From: Octopus vulgaris
Lineage: Eukaryota
Assembly: GCA_951406725.2 (NCBI GenBank)
Contig: OX597828.1
Span: forward strand, 60,636,001 to 60,700,000
Direction of reading: 5' to 3'
Length of the DNA: 64,000 nt
Shown: positions 12,218 to 28,328 of the stretch, piece by piece
How the letters are laid out: each line of letters starts with the position of its first letter
Position numbering within the stretch: the first letter of the stretch is position 1
The notes under the pieces: generated by a model
What the model saw: only the letters and a program-made list of their open reading frames with translations
Told to the model about the DNA's origin: nothing
Databases searched by the model: none
Translations under genes and position numbers: made by a program

Positions 12218-13359
12218 AAAATAACAGGAACCAAGAGGTTGAACGAAACGACGAATCGGAACGAACCTGATGCGGGGCGCTGTCAGACAATAAGGTGATA
12301 AATAAAAATATATGCATACATACAACCATATATGTACGTACCTACATCTACATGTATATATAAATGCATATATAAATAATTATACGTGAGTACAGGACAC
12401 CACAATAAGACGTAGAAACGGGAAAAACTAAAAAAACCCAAAAAACAAGAAAACGAAAAAACAAAAAACAAGAAAACGAAAAAAACAGTTACAGGACGAG
12501 CTACACAAGGAAAAAAACCCCGGTCATCAGCTGTCGCTAGTAGAGTCAAGCATGTTTCGAAGGCAGAGACAGAACACTAATCCACTAGGCCTTCCTGCGA
12601 GAGAATTAAAATAAAATTCCAAGCAGCGGGGCAAAATGAGTACGAACACGTATATTATTATATTTAAGATGCGGAATTCTCTCCCTTTGCTTTACCCTCT
12701 TCACTCTCTCTCCCTCCCACTCCTCCTCTCTCTCTCAGCCGCGTGTCCCCCTCCTCCTTCCTTCTTCCTTACTGCCAGCCTATAAAATAAAATTTCTTTT
12801 ACACGTTGCTCTTACTACTGAAAAGACTACCTCCACGAGCTGCCACAGTATCCTTCGTCTATGCCAAAAAAAGGCTTTTTCGTTCGTCCTCTTGTGTGTT
12901 TGATTTCCTGTACCATATTCTCTTATTATTTTCTCGTTTTGTAATTATTTGTATTTTCTGTACATGTATTTTTATTTTTGCAGTTTTATTGTTACGTCCT
13001 GTTCGTGTTCGTACTCATTTTGCCCCACTGCTTGGAATTTTATTTTAATTCTCTCGCAGGAAGGCCTAGTGGATTAGTGTTCTGTCTCTGCCTTCGAAAC
13101 ATGCTTGACTCTACTAGCGACAACTGATGACGGGGGTTTTTCCTTGTGTAGCTCGTCCTGTAACTGTTTTTTTCGTTTTCTTGTTTTTTGTTTTTTCGTT
13201 TTCTTGTTTTTTGTTTTTTTTGTTTTTCCCGTTTCTACGTCTTATTGTGGTGTCCTGTACTCACGTATAATTATTTATATATGCATGTATATATACATGT
13301 AGATGTAGGTACGTACATATATGTTTGTATGTATGCATATATTTTTATTTATTTATCAC
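12205..13359. repeat. Fold-back repeat: 356-bp inverted arms with spacer, in TA microsatellite (pLTR-like)
   Basis: 12295..12650 is a near reverse complement of 13004..13359. The left arm has about 90 nt of extra tail (12205..12294). Confidence 0.85.
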
Positions 13360-13373
13360 TTATATATATATAC

Positions 13374-13415
<42 letters not shown>

Positions 13416-13435
13416 GCACATATATATATAAACAT

Positions 13436-13472
<37 letters not shown>

Positions 13473-13492
13473 CACACATATATAAATATACG

Positions 13493-13539
<47 letters not shown>

Positions 13540-13579
13540 GTATATATATACGTATATTTATATATGTATATATATATGC

Positions 13580-14450
13580 TGTAGGTCAATGAGCAGACGA
13601 AAGCAAAATGCGACTAAATGAGAGAAATTCTGAACTGAATCATTATAGAAAAAAGACTATGCTAAAACAACCATATTCTCTTGCTTCAGGGGAACAACTC
13701 ACAGCATCTAATGATATCAGAGGCTTAGATGTAATTGTTGACAACAATCTGTGTTGGAGTGCCCACATCAACAGTAAAGTCGATATAGCGCGTAACCTGA
13801 GCCCCTGGATCCTAAGAACCTTCCGGTCAGAGAACGAGGTGTCTTCATTCCTCTTTCCTCCTTTGTACGGCCACACCTAGAATACTGCTGCTTTCTGTGA
13901 ACTCCCCACACAAAACAAAACATCTCTAGAATCGAATCACTGCAGAGTGCATTCATTGAAAGAATTAAGGGCACGACTGATCTTGTTTATTGGGGCCGCT
14001 TTAAAGCACTGAAATCTATTCATTCCAGCGCCGCCGCGAGCGATATATCTTTTGCACAATGTGGAGAATATGCCACCAGCATTGCCCAAACGACCTTAAC
14101 ATTAGTTTCAGAATTCCTCCAAGGCTGGGACCACTGGCCATACGTTCCCTAGATAGTTCAGGATTGCAACACACAAATATACTACCACACAATTTCTATC
14201 CCTCAACAGGCCCTGCCCTATCTAACACAGTCCCAATACAAACCAAAGAGAAAAATGATCCCATCACCATTTAAACAGAGTCTGGACAAATTTCTTCAAG
14301 GGATACCAGAGAAGCCTCCTATACCTGGATACAGCTCACTCAACAAGAAATCCCGACTTGAATGGGCCATGATACTGCAAAACTTAACTTAGCAAATCCT
14401 ATTAGGTGGTGCTATTAAGTTAGACATGGTGTGGGCCAATCTTTGGCCGA
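13580..14450 (+). mobile_element. CR1-like LINE 3' fragment (RT thumb and C-terminus), decayed
   Basis: GLDVIVDNNLCWSAHINSKV..A..WILRTF, then RPHLEYCC..PH..IESLQ...YWGR and QRRRERY motifs across frameshifts. Confidence 0.75.
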
Positions 14451-14943
14451 AACACACACACATACACACACACACACACACTACACATACACGCACACAC
14501 GCACACACACACACGCGCGCGTACAAACACACATGTGCGCGCGCATATATAGAGGATATAAAGAAAGTGATGTGAGAGTGCAGATGTTTATTTCATACCG
14601 TTACAGCTGTTTCATAATCTTGTTATTTGTTTTATAGATGTTACGTCAATATTAACAAGCATATACAGTAAATAGATAAATATACATGTGTATATAGAAG
14701 GGTACAGATATGGGAACCAACTGACTAATCTTCAGAACGATACATTGTGGTTGAAAACATGAACTCTATTACCGAAAGTAAGCTGACTCTAGATAGCCAC
14801 AGGCATAGTTTCAGCATGTTGGCACTTGTGATTGGCTTTAAGGGAACAATAGCCATAGAACAATATAATACATACTTGTTAGCCATGCACTTGGCGGAGA
14901 GCTTAATGTGAGATGTGTTTGATTATTTAACCCCTATTACTAC

Positions 14944-15033
<90 letters not shown>

Positions 15034-15169
15034 TTACCTATCTATCTAACGAAAAGGTGTACGTACGCCGCTATATGTATATATAAATCTAAAAAATGGA
15101 ACAACAACGTAACGTTATTTACATTATTTACATTTGACAGATATTTGTCCTCATCTTGTTTGTTGTTAA

Positions 15170-16492
15170 TAAGCTTTGGTCTTGAGCAGCTAATATAAAA
15201 CCTTCACTCTCCGCTTTTAGCCCTGAGCTTCGTAACCATTGGTGCGTGTGTTTCTGGTCGACATCAGCTTGTTTGCTACGGACCACATACTTGCCATGCA
15301 GAAGTTTGTTCCCATCTGCAAGCTAAATTTTCATGTGCTTTTGTCTTTGCAATTAATTTTCTTTTCTTTGCAGCTGCAGTTGGCGCATTTCCTTCAGCCT
15401 GATCAATCTGGTGGGTATCTAAGAGATCAGTAGCGAATTTTTTGCTCTCTTTCAGAATAGAGTGAAGTCTTTTCAGTCTTTCATGTTTTTCAACAAGTTT
15501 TAGCATCCAATCGTTGGTTGCTTCAAGGTAATTGGCCAGTCCGATTGTGGTGGTTTTGTATGTAAGTTCAAGCTGGATCAAACCTCGACCTCCCTGAGCT
15601 CTGGGAAGGTAAAGGCGATCCACGTCTGCCTTTGGATGGTGCATCTTATTACAAGTCAGTAGCTTGCGGATTTTTCTGTCAATTTTCATTATTTCACTGG
15701 TATTCCAGTTAAGCACATTGAAGCTATAAAGAACAACTGGTACTGCTAAGGAATTTATGGCTATTATATGCATTCAGCTCAGACTTCAGGACTGCTCGAA
15801 CTCTTCTATAACATTCCTTCCTAACCTTCTCTTTCATGCTTGCATGCTGGATACCAGAGCCTTCATTTATTCCTAGGTATTTATAGGTTTGTTCCTGCTC
15901 AAGTTCCTTTATTACTGTTTCGACATCTAATTCGATCGAACTAGACCTTACCAATTTCCCTTCCTTAAAAGTGGCTTTGGCACACTTTTCAAGGCCAAAC
16001 TCCATCCCGATATCATCACTGAATCCTTTCACGGTATGTAATAATCCTTCAAGCTCTTCATCATTTTTGCCATATAGCTTTAAATCATCCATAAAAAATA
16101 GATGGCTTATTTTCCTGTTGTCAATTTTGTAGCCATATCCTGTTCTATTCAGTTCACTTGAGAGTGGTATTAGTGCTATGCAGAAAATTAGTGGTGAAAG
16201 TGAGTCACCTTGGAAAATTCCACAGTTTATGCTAATGTTGTTTGAGCGCAATATTCCATTAGAATGATATAATTGGAGCTTCGTGTTCCATAGTGACATA
16301 TTATACTTTAAAAAATCTGAAATCACAGGAGAAATTTTGAAAATGTCCACGAATGCGGTATGCTGTCAAAGGCTTTTTTATAATCAATCCATGAAGAGCT
16401 GAGATTTCTGCGCTTGTTATGGCAGTTCTCAAGGATCATGTGATTAATTAGGAGCTGATCTTTGCATCCGTATGAGCCTCATCTGCATCCTT

Positions 16493-16496
<4 letters not shown>
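15170..16496 (-). mobile_element. R4/Dong-clade RT core, 5'-truncated directly at (TAA)n
   Basis: ORF 15724..16350 (GIFQGDSLSPLIF, HLFFMDDLKLY, FGLEKCA, YKYLG) and ORF 15276..15773 (MHHPKADVDRLYLPRAQGGRGL). Confidence 0.93.
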
Positions 16497-16561
<65 letters not shown>

Positions 16562-16568
<7 letters not shown>

Positions 16569-16712
16569 TCACTGCCTGGCATCGAACTCTGAATCTTGGG
16601 ATTAGTAGCCCGCGCTCTTAACCACTAAGCCATGTGCACACGAGCATATGGCGTAATGGTTCAGAACGCCGGCTACTAACCCCAAGATTCCGAGTTCAAT
16701 TCCAGGCAGTGA

Positions 16713-16771
<59 letters not shown>

Positions 16772-16910
16772 GTAACAACAACAACAACATCGAAAAATAA
16801 CCTTTCCCCAAGACGCCTGATGAAGGCTGGAAGGTTATATCAGCCGAAACTTGTTAACAACAAACAAGATGAGGACAAATATCCGTCAAATGTAAATAAT
16901 GCAAATAATA
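16562..16910. mobile_element. Head-to-head pair of tRNA-derived heads; the + copy continues through (AAT)n into a hammerhead-containing tail
   Basis: 16562..16637 is the reverse complement of 16644..16719. A box TGGCGTAATGGT and B box GAGTTCAATTCC are present. HHR core at 16817..16850. Tail 16854..16905 has an inverted copy at 15113..15169. Confidence 0.75.
16812..16856 (+). ncRNA. Hammerhead ribozyme motif, damaged on the 3' side
   Basis: CTGATGA-a-GGCTG-(loop)-CAGCC-GAAAC-TTGTT. Core boxes and stem II are intact; stem I/III 3' pairing is weak. Confidence 0.55.
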
Positions 16911-17174
16911 TATATAATTCTTCATCTCTTAAATATAGAGCTGGAAGAACGTGACGGACAACAATAAAACCATACGGACTGATGGACGATACAAAGACGG
17001 ACAGGAAAACTAGGATGGAACATACGTGGCTTTCTATTCATCAGTCAAGCTTCCAACCATCATTACAGTTTCGGTCTGTTACACTTGAGGCTGTTCAAAG
17101 TTGGTAGACCCCCAAAATCTAAGCTAAGAGCATTAAATTTTTGGAAGAAAGCGAGCGAATAAGTGCGACAACAC

Positions 17175-17334
<160 letters not shown>

Positions 17335-17347
17335 GTCTGTCTGTCTA

Positions 17348-17407
<60 letters not shown>

Positions 17408-17708
17408 TCTGATTGGCTGTTGTTCGTGTCGTCTTGGGTAAGTTCATCTATTTTGTTGTGTTCGTTTGTGTATATCTGTATATATTTTTGTCAGAAAGGT
17501 ACCTAATAATAACTGCCTGGACTTGAGCTCACTCGAAAATTTGCGTTTTAAGGGCGAATTTTCATATTGCGACATCTTATCTCATAAATATTTTCATCCG
17601 TCTGGAAAACTGACATGGACAGTTCAGCTAACACTGTCAGCATTCCGCCATTACTATCACCGAACACGCCGAAGAAAAAAGAAAACATCGATGCACTGAC
17701 ACACACAA

Positions 17709-17740
<32 letters not shown>

Positions 17741-17741
17741 A

Positions 17742-17807
<66 letters not shown>

Positions 17808-17849
17808 CACATCTGAACAACAATACGCATACTGACGCAAGCTTTCCTT

Positions 17850-20259
<2,410 letters not shown>

Positions 20260-20867
20260 GTCTGTCTGTCTGCCTGTCTACTGTCTGTCTGTCTGTCTGT
20301 GAAACACATATATACTTATATACGTATATAAATACAAGATTTGCGTTAACATGTACCTCCTTGCGGCAATGTAAACTTTCATTTAATCAATGAATTTAAT
20401 AGCCTGCGGTATACACCTCGCTTGGGTATTTATCACTTCCGAGGTTCCGCACGCTATGAAACATATGTAGCCCGGTACCTATCTACCCATTCTGTAAATC
20501 TTGTAATCTTATTCGAACACCCGGCAACCGTGGTCGCCTACCGTGAAATATAAAAAGAACTTTTCTCAGTTTATCGTACTTCGATACGAAAAAATCCACA
20601 AGTTTTGGTCTCAATAAACCACTATTGCCCTGAAAGTTGTTTTTTATATTTACTTGAAGCTAACTCTCCTCCTACATCTCGATCCCTGGATTAGCTCACT
20701 CACTCCATCAGAGCGATGTTGTCTGGATAGGTGTACAGTGTACCACACGCCACCATCACCAGCACTAGAAATAGGTTGCAATAAATATAGTCGAACAAGC
20801 AATCTTATTGGTGTCGTTGTTTTCATTACTGCTTTTAAAATTTTATTGTTTAGTCCTACATCAACAT

Positions 20868-20965
20868 TAATTCCTCGGCGGAATTTGAATTCCGAACGTG
20901 GGGACAGGGTAAGTGCCACAAAGCATCTTATCTGACGTGGTAATGATTCTGCCAGCTCGCTGTCT
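20868..20965 (-). mobile_element. Meta-type SINE 5' fragment
   Basis: Similar to the head of 8062..8262 (GCGAGCTGGCAGAATC...TTCAAATTCCGCCGAGG). Confidence 0.6.
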
Positions 20966-21537
20966 TGTTATAATCATATTATATTAATATTTTATATATA
21001 TATATATGTATGTATGTATATCATGTATCAATGAACTCTTTCTTTTTAACACGGTAGAATACAATTTGAGGGAGATTTGCGTGCTGTTTCTAGCAGGTCA
21101 AGCGATCTTATAGAGGTCGATTTATTTGTGTTGACAGTCGTACATGATATTGTTGATTTTGTTGTCAGGATTTTAAATCTACGAACGCCTTTCGAACATA
21201 TATTCCGCACCACTCCCTTTCTATAACAACTTCTTTTTCCTCATCATATGAGGTACATTTTTCTGCTAGCAATATCAGCAATATACATCTTAGTAATTGG
21301 TGCAGGAAAGAGAATTAACTTCGTAAAACATGAAAGCTACTCTCTGCCCTTCTATCCTTTTCAGTCATCGTTTCTTCTCCTATCCCTCTGTATCATTCAC
21401 CACCTATGTGTGTGAGCATGTGTGAGTATGTGTGTTGCGTGTACACGTGTGTGTACGTGCGTATATGTGTGTATGAGTGAGTGTGCATGTGTATCTGTCT
21501 ATTTGTCTACCTGTGTCTGTCTCTCTATATATGTATA

Positions 21538-21655
<118 letters not shown>

Positions 21656-21977
21656 CACACATATATATATACATATATATATATACATATATATATGTGT
21701 GTGTATGTGTATGTATGTGTGTGTATTTGTACATGAGTGTGTATACATGCACCCCACACGCATACACAGACAGGCACACAGACACACACACAAACATATA
21801 TATCCATGACAACCCACAAAACGATTTCACAGCGATACTTAAAAGGCTGGGTGGTAAAGGCTGTATACATACATACATGCATACATACATATGTACATAC
21901 ACTCATGTAAATATGTGTGTGTATACACATGCACACACATACACAGATAGATAAATAGATAGTTAGGTAGATATATG

Positions 21978-22048
<71 letters not shown>

Positions 22049-22728
22049 GATAGATAGATAGGTCATAGGAAACTAGCCCTGTTTCTTTCATTATCATCAT
22101 TAGCATATTTTCATGGAGACCCCATATTACCAACCAGCCTTCTATAGTTACACAAAACGATAGAAACGATAGAGACATGTAGTATACTACGTATACTCTG
22201 ACTCAGTGAGAGTATAATACTCTGACATCTACAAAGGAAATATTACTGACAGTTTACACACACACAAACATGCTCAAAACATCGTGTTTTTTTCCCATGC
22301 TTCTGCAATATTGCTGCTGATGCTGGTTGTTTTTCTAAACTCACACCAATATGTGCGCGCATGCGTGTTAATGTGTCTATGTTTTCATGTTTGCAGTAAT
22401 CACTCACACTACAATGCACGTCTGCGTACACAAAGCGAGTATCTATAAATATGCCCGTTGTTCTGTATGTGCTTGGAGATAAATCAAAATGTTGGTAACT
22501 TTGCGCACAGATATGCCTGGAAATCCCATTTGTTTGTATTCTTTATTAGGATAATTTCATTCATGTTATTAATTTGTTTCCAATGGAAATTCACGTCGTC
22601 TTCGTAAATGCGAGAGATTCATAAAAGTATAAAAGTTGATTTTTATCTACACAACACACACACACACACAACACACACACACACACGCACGCGCGCACAC
22701 ACACACACACACACTATATATATATATA

Positions 22729-22784
<56 letters not shown>

Positions 22785-22934
22785 TGTATATATATATATA
22801 TATGTATGTATATCTATATATATTATTGTGTCTAGGGAGAATCATTCTGTTTTAATGCCTTATTAATTAGCACAATCAGCGGTTCGATTTCCACTCATTT
22901 ATTTATTTTTCCAAAATTTTTCGTTGCTTCTTAC

Positions 22935-23019
<85 letters not shown>

Positions 23020-23021
<2 letters not shown>

Positions 23022-26000
23022 GGAAAATAAGACAAGGTAGAAAATGCTAAAATAATTTTATCATGAAGAACAATTTAGTGCCGGTTTCATTCTATGCGAC
23101 TGTTTCAACTTAGAGTAAAGCACGAAAAAAAGTTAAATTGTGGAAAAATTAAATGAAATATTTAAAAAAAATATTTCCATAGTTTTCAAATGCAAGAGAC
23201 ATTTTCCTTTTTTCTGTCTGTCTCTGTTTTTCTTTTTTACTCCTGTGGGTTCTAGGTAGTTAGCAGCAGCTAGTTTGATATGAATTATTGTCTTTGATTG
23301 TTTAAGCAGCAGTAGATGTAGAGAAAGGAGGGGTTGAAGAAGAAGAAGAAGAAGAAAAAGAAGAAGAAGAAGAAGAAGAAGAAGAAGAAGAAGAAGAAGA
23401 AGAAGAAGAAGAAGAAGAAGAAGAAGAAGAAGAAGAAGAAGAAGAAGAAGAAGAAAAAAATATTAATAAAAATGCGGGAGTGGTATGACAGCAGCAGGAT
23501 ATTGGTAGAATCTTCTTAAATGGTCAAGTGACATAAAAGCGAACTGTGAAACTATGAAGCTGTCTTTCAAACAGAGTACGCTTCCAACAGCCCTTTCCTG
23601 GAAAACGGAACCATCACACCTACCAAAAAAAAAAGATGCAAGACCTAACTCTAACTTTGTAACCCACAAGTGATACGACATCGGGAGTACCTCAAATTCA
23701 AACAGAGAAATGAAAAACCACTACCCGCAGAATAGACATTGCAGCCCCCCTATAAGGATTTACCAACGAAATTTTCGTTCCAACAATCTACTTAACAACC
23801 ACGCGTAATAATTACCAGCTACAGCCCCCTAAAACACCACATCCGAACATGGGATATCAGGACACACCTTCCAAGAACCCGCACCATAAATCACAACAGG
23901 GCACCCAAGGAACAACTACATAACAACTACCGTCCCTATCACTTCAATCATTTTTTAGACCCAATATGCAAACACAGAGACACGAGATAGCACCAGACAG
24001 ACAGGAGGAACTAAAAGTGATAAAAACCATCAATCTAACTTATAAAGAACTAACAGAAACCCAAATCAACATACTCCCCCAACGAGATGAAAGAAGACGT
24101 CGCAGAATTCTGTAGAAAGTTACGACTCACTGAGGAGCTAAACGATAAATACAACGAAGATGAATCGTTAGTCCAAAAAAATATAAGTAACTACACTCCT
24201 GACCATTTCTGTGAATACATCTCGAATTACCCATATCGACATAAACACAAGCAAAAACACAAGCTAAACTTCAGCAAAAAAGAATGGGCTGAGCTGAACA
24301 AATTAAAAGATGATAAAACGATAACAATCAAAGAGGCTGATAAACGGAGTTCAGTTGTCTTAATGGACACAGTATACTATATAACTCTAGTACTATCCAT
24401 ATTGGAAGACACGACATATTATGAAAAGGTCCAACACTACAGTCAGCAGAAACTTATGGGAAACCTAAAATCCATGTTAAACCTATACAGAGAAGGACTC
24501 GCCGACAAGGAATACGATTATATGACCAATTTCAAAAGTAAATCCACTCAATTCTATGGTATTCCTAAGATACGCAAAAGTGAGAAAATAAGTAACGCAT
24601 GCAGGATAGCCACAGACATAACAATCAAGGTCCCTACTCCTAATGACCTCAAATTAAGACCTATGATAGCAGGTCACGCATGCGAAACCCACCGCCTCAG
24701 TAACTTTTTAGATACCCTCTTAAAACCATTCCTCAAACGTATCAAAAGCTACATAAGGGATGACCTGGATATTCTCAGCACCTCCCTAAAACAACAGACA
24801 AAAACACCCTACTAGTATCCTTCGATGTAGTCAACTTATATTCTAATATCCCCAACAATCTAGGAATAGAGGCATTTCAATTCTGGCAAGAGAATTACGC
24901 CAATGAACTCCTACATCGCATCAGCAAAGAATTCGTAATAGAAGAGCTAAAATTCATCTTGGAGAATAACTACTTTGTTTTCAAAAACAACTTCTATCGA
25001 CCAAAATCGGGGACTGCGATGGGTACGAGAATATCCCCCCTCCTATGCTAACCTAGTCATGGGATATCTAGAAATCAGTCTTTATTGTAAGGTACTAAAA
25101 AAATACGGCAGTCCATTCTTCCTCTACATAGAAAATAACTGGAAGCGGTACCCGGATGACTGTTTCACTCTTTGGCATGAAAGTATACAGAGACTTAAAG
25201 AATTCCGAGCACTTATAAATGGACTTGACGTAAACATTCAGTTCACAATGAAATATAATCAACAACTTCATTTCCTCGACATCCACGTTAAGAAATCTAA
25301 CAACGTAATAGAAACAGATATATACTATAAGCCCACGGACTCCAAAGCATTCCCCTACTAAAAAGGGACCACAGAATGAATCTAATCCTCCAAACGCACA
25401 CCATCATAAAGAGCAAAAGATAGCCCAAATCTATGAAAAGTCTCCTAACCCAAGCCTGAATAAGCTCAACAACAACACTGAAGCCGTCAGTAAAAAATGC
25501 GGAAGACCTAACTGTGGTATATGCGACAACTTAATTGAGGGATCAGAGTTCTCTTTCAGACAGGGTCAAAGTTTCATAATGAAAAGCAACTTCACATTTG
25601 CTTCGGTGAACCTGATATATGTTTTAACCTGTTCTGGGTGTCGTGAGCAATACACAGGCCAAACAAAAAGCAGTCTACGTCAAAAGATGGCTCTGCACAG
25701 ATCCCAGATCAAAATTCCGAAAAACAGAAAAACATTGCGCCAATAACAAACAACCCAGCTTCAGAATTTTCCCTCTCTATCATTTCAGGGACAATACAAC
25801 ATGTAGTCACCGCATTAATAAGCACCTTTTGAATGCATCCACCACAAATACAAACGCAAATATTAAAAATCATATATTCAAAACAATCACTTCACAAAAA
25901 TTTATTCAAAACATTTCCAATCACTACTACTTCAAACACAACGGGTCACTTTTAGGTCATGACCATTTAAGAGGATTCCACCAAAATCCCGCTACTGCCA

Positions 26001-26513
26001 TACCACTCTTAAATTCTTCTTCTTCTTCTTCTTCTTCTTCTTCTTCTTCTTCTTCTTCTTCTTCTTCTTCTTCTTCTTCTTCCTCCTCCTCCTCCTCCTC
26101 CTCCTCCTCCACCTCCACCACCACCACCACCACCTCCACCACCACCACCACCTCCTCCTCCTCCTCCTCCTCCTCCACCACCACCACCACCTCCTCCTCC
26201 TCCTCCTCCTCCTCCACCACCACCACCACCTCCTCCTCCTCCTCCTCCTCCTCCTCCTCCTCCACCTCCACCACCACCACCTCCGCCTCCTCCTCTTCTT
26301 CACCCACTCCTCCTCTTCATCCCCCCTCCTCCTCTTCATCTCCCTCCTCCTTCTTCTTCACCACCTCCTTTCTCTACTACTACTGCGTTTAAACAATCAA
26401 AGACAATAATTCATATCAAACTAGCTTCTGCTAACTACCTAGAACCCACAAGAGTAAAAAAGAGAGACAGAGACAGACTGAAAAAAGGGTTAATGTCCCT
26501 TGCATTTGAAAAC
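23020..26513 (+). mobile_element. Neptune-type Penelope-like element with inverted upstream pseudo-LTR, decayed
   Basis: RT ORFs 24087..24815 (IKEADK, FYGIPKI, LRPMIAG) and 24975..25361 (YANLVMGYLE, WKRYPDDCF, IYYKPTDS). Linker CGRPNCGIC and GIY-YIG (NLIYVLTCSGC..YTGQT) at about 25495..25700. Inverted repeat 23182..23530 / 25957..26513 includes (GAA)n/(TTC)n. Confidence 0.85.
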
Positions 26514-26642
26514 AAAAGTGCTCTCACGTGGCTAAAAGTTGTTTTGATTCTTATGCTGGTGCTTACTATCATCCTCCGTCACTTTAGTGACGACTATACT
26601 TATATACGACTATATATAAATGTATATATATATACACATAAG

Positions 26643-26802
26643 CGCAGGAGTGGCTGTGAGGTAAGAAGCTTGCTTCCCAACCACATAGTTCCGGATTCGG
26701 TACCATTGCGTGGCATCTTGGGCAAGTGTCTTCTACTACAGCCTCAGGCTGACCAAAGCCTTGTGAGTGGATTTGATAGACGAAAACTGAAAGAAGCACG
26801 TC

Positions 26803-26806
<4 letters not shown>
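26643..26806 (+). mobile_element. CORE-type SINE, 5' half (3' half probably at 35050..35250)
   Basis: GCAGGAGTGGCTGTGAGGTAAGAAGC...GGCATCTTGGGCAAGTGTCTT...GAAAGAAGCACGTCG, ending in (TA)n. Confidence 0.85.
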
Positions 26807-26851
<45 letters not shown>

Positions 26852-26867
26852 TTTATTATATAGAAGG

Positions 26868-26918
26868 AGCTTCTACAGGACTAGAACTGTTTCATTCAAG
26901 AGAAATCTTCAGGAAGCT
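26868..26918 (-). ncRNA. Type I hammerhead ribozyme in downstream pLTR
   Basis: Exact reverse complement of 32532..32582. Confidence 0.85.
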
Positions 26919-27089
26919 AGTTAACAAGAATTGTATTGGCATTTATACATTTAGGCAGGTTTAAAGGGGTGTTGGTGGGGGACCTTTTGGGGGTAGGCAT
27001 AGCGCAAAATATCATACTTGGGGGAGTGGTCAAGGAGTCAGTGTTAAATTAGATAGAAGAATAAATAAAAAAAAAAATAAAAAATAAAA

Positions 27090-27252
27090 AATAAAAAAAA
27101 TATAAAAAAAATATAAAAAAAAAATATATATATAAAAAAAGGGGGAATAGAGTTTTAGGTAAATAAGGAGATTCTCACTTATACCTATGCACATATGTAT
27201 ACATATATAAACACGCATACAAACATATATACATATACTTACACACATACAT

Positions 27253-27283
<31 letters not shown>

Positions 27284-27569
27284 CATATATATACACTTAC
27301 ACATACATATACATATCTACACATACACATATATGTATACATACACGCACTCACATGCATACACGTATACACACATGTATATATACACACACGACCACAC
27401 ATACATATACACACAGAAAAATATATATACACATACACACACATACTCACATACACGCATACACACACAAATCCACACACACACATGCACACACAGCACA
27501 CTAGTCCCTATATACACATATATACACATACACACATATATACACACACATACATACTCATACATATAT

Positions 27570-27602
<33 letters not shown>

Positions 27603-28256
27603 CATATGTGTACCTATGCATACCTACACATACACACATATATATATACACATACAATCACACAGCACACTAGTCCCTATATACACATATATACACATAC
27701 ACACATATATACACACACATACATACTCATACATATATAATACAATCATTCCTAAATTTTAATTTTTTATTATCTTCCCCTAATTTTATTTTATTATCTT
27801 CGTTTAATTATTTTTGTATTACTTTAATTTGTATTTTGTTTTTGTTGTTGTTGCTTTTGTTCTAATTTTATTCATGTGTTTACATCCACCCATTATTATC
27901 ATTACATATACAAAATATACAAAATACAAATTACAAGAATGTATATAACCAGAAGCACTCTATTACAGCACGTACACTCACTCATTCGTACACTCATACA
28001 CATACACGCACGCACGCGTTATATTCATACAAATGACATACATACAATAGAAACATACATTCACGTATATACACAAGTAAGTGAGACGCAAAGGTACTGA
28101 TGCTACAGATGTGACACTTGCCGAAATAAGATTAAGATTAATGTAAAGGCTAAATATCACTGAAGCAAATACACCAAAATATAATGCTAAATAATATACA
28201 CACACATACAATACTGTACACCTACATACAAATACATGCACAACAAATATTTAAAC

Positions 28257-28328
<72 letters not shown>

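Noticed and set aside
16562-16719. Pair of genuine tRNA genes
   Set aside because: No convincing acceptor stem and no oligo-T terminator. The heads run into (AAT)n tails and differ at many positions, which is consistent with SINE heads.
25643-26392. 249-aa Ser/Thr-rich, mucin-like ORF
   Set aside because: It comes from a (TTC)/(TCC)/(ACC) microsatellite within a Penelope pLTR, fused to an off-frame GIY-YIG remnant.
28090-28140. Hammerhead-like CTGATGC...GCCGAAA on the + strand
   Set aside because: The core is mutated and stems I-III do not pair convincingly.
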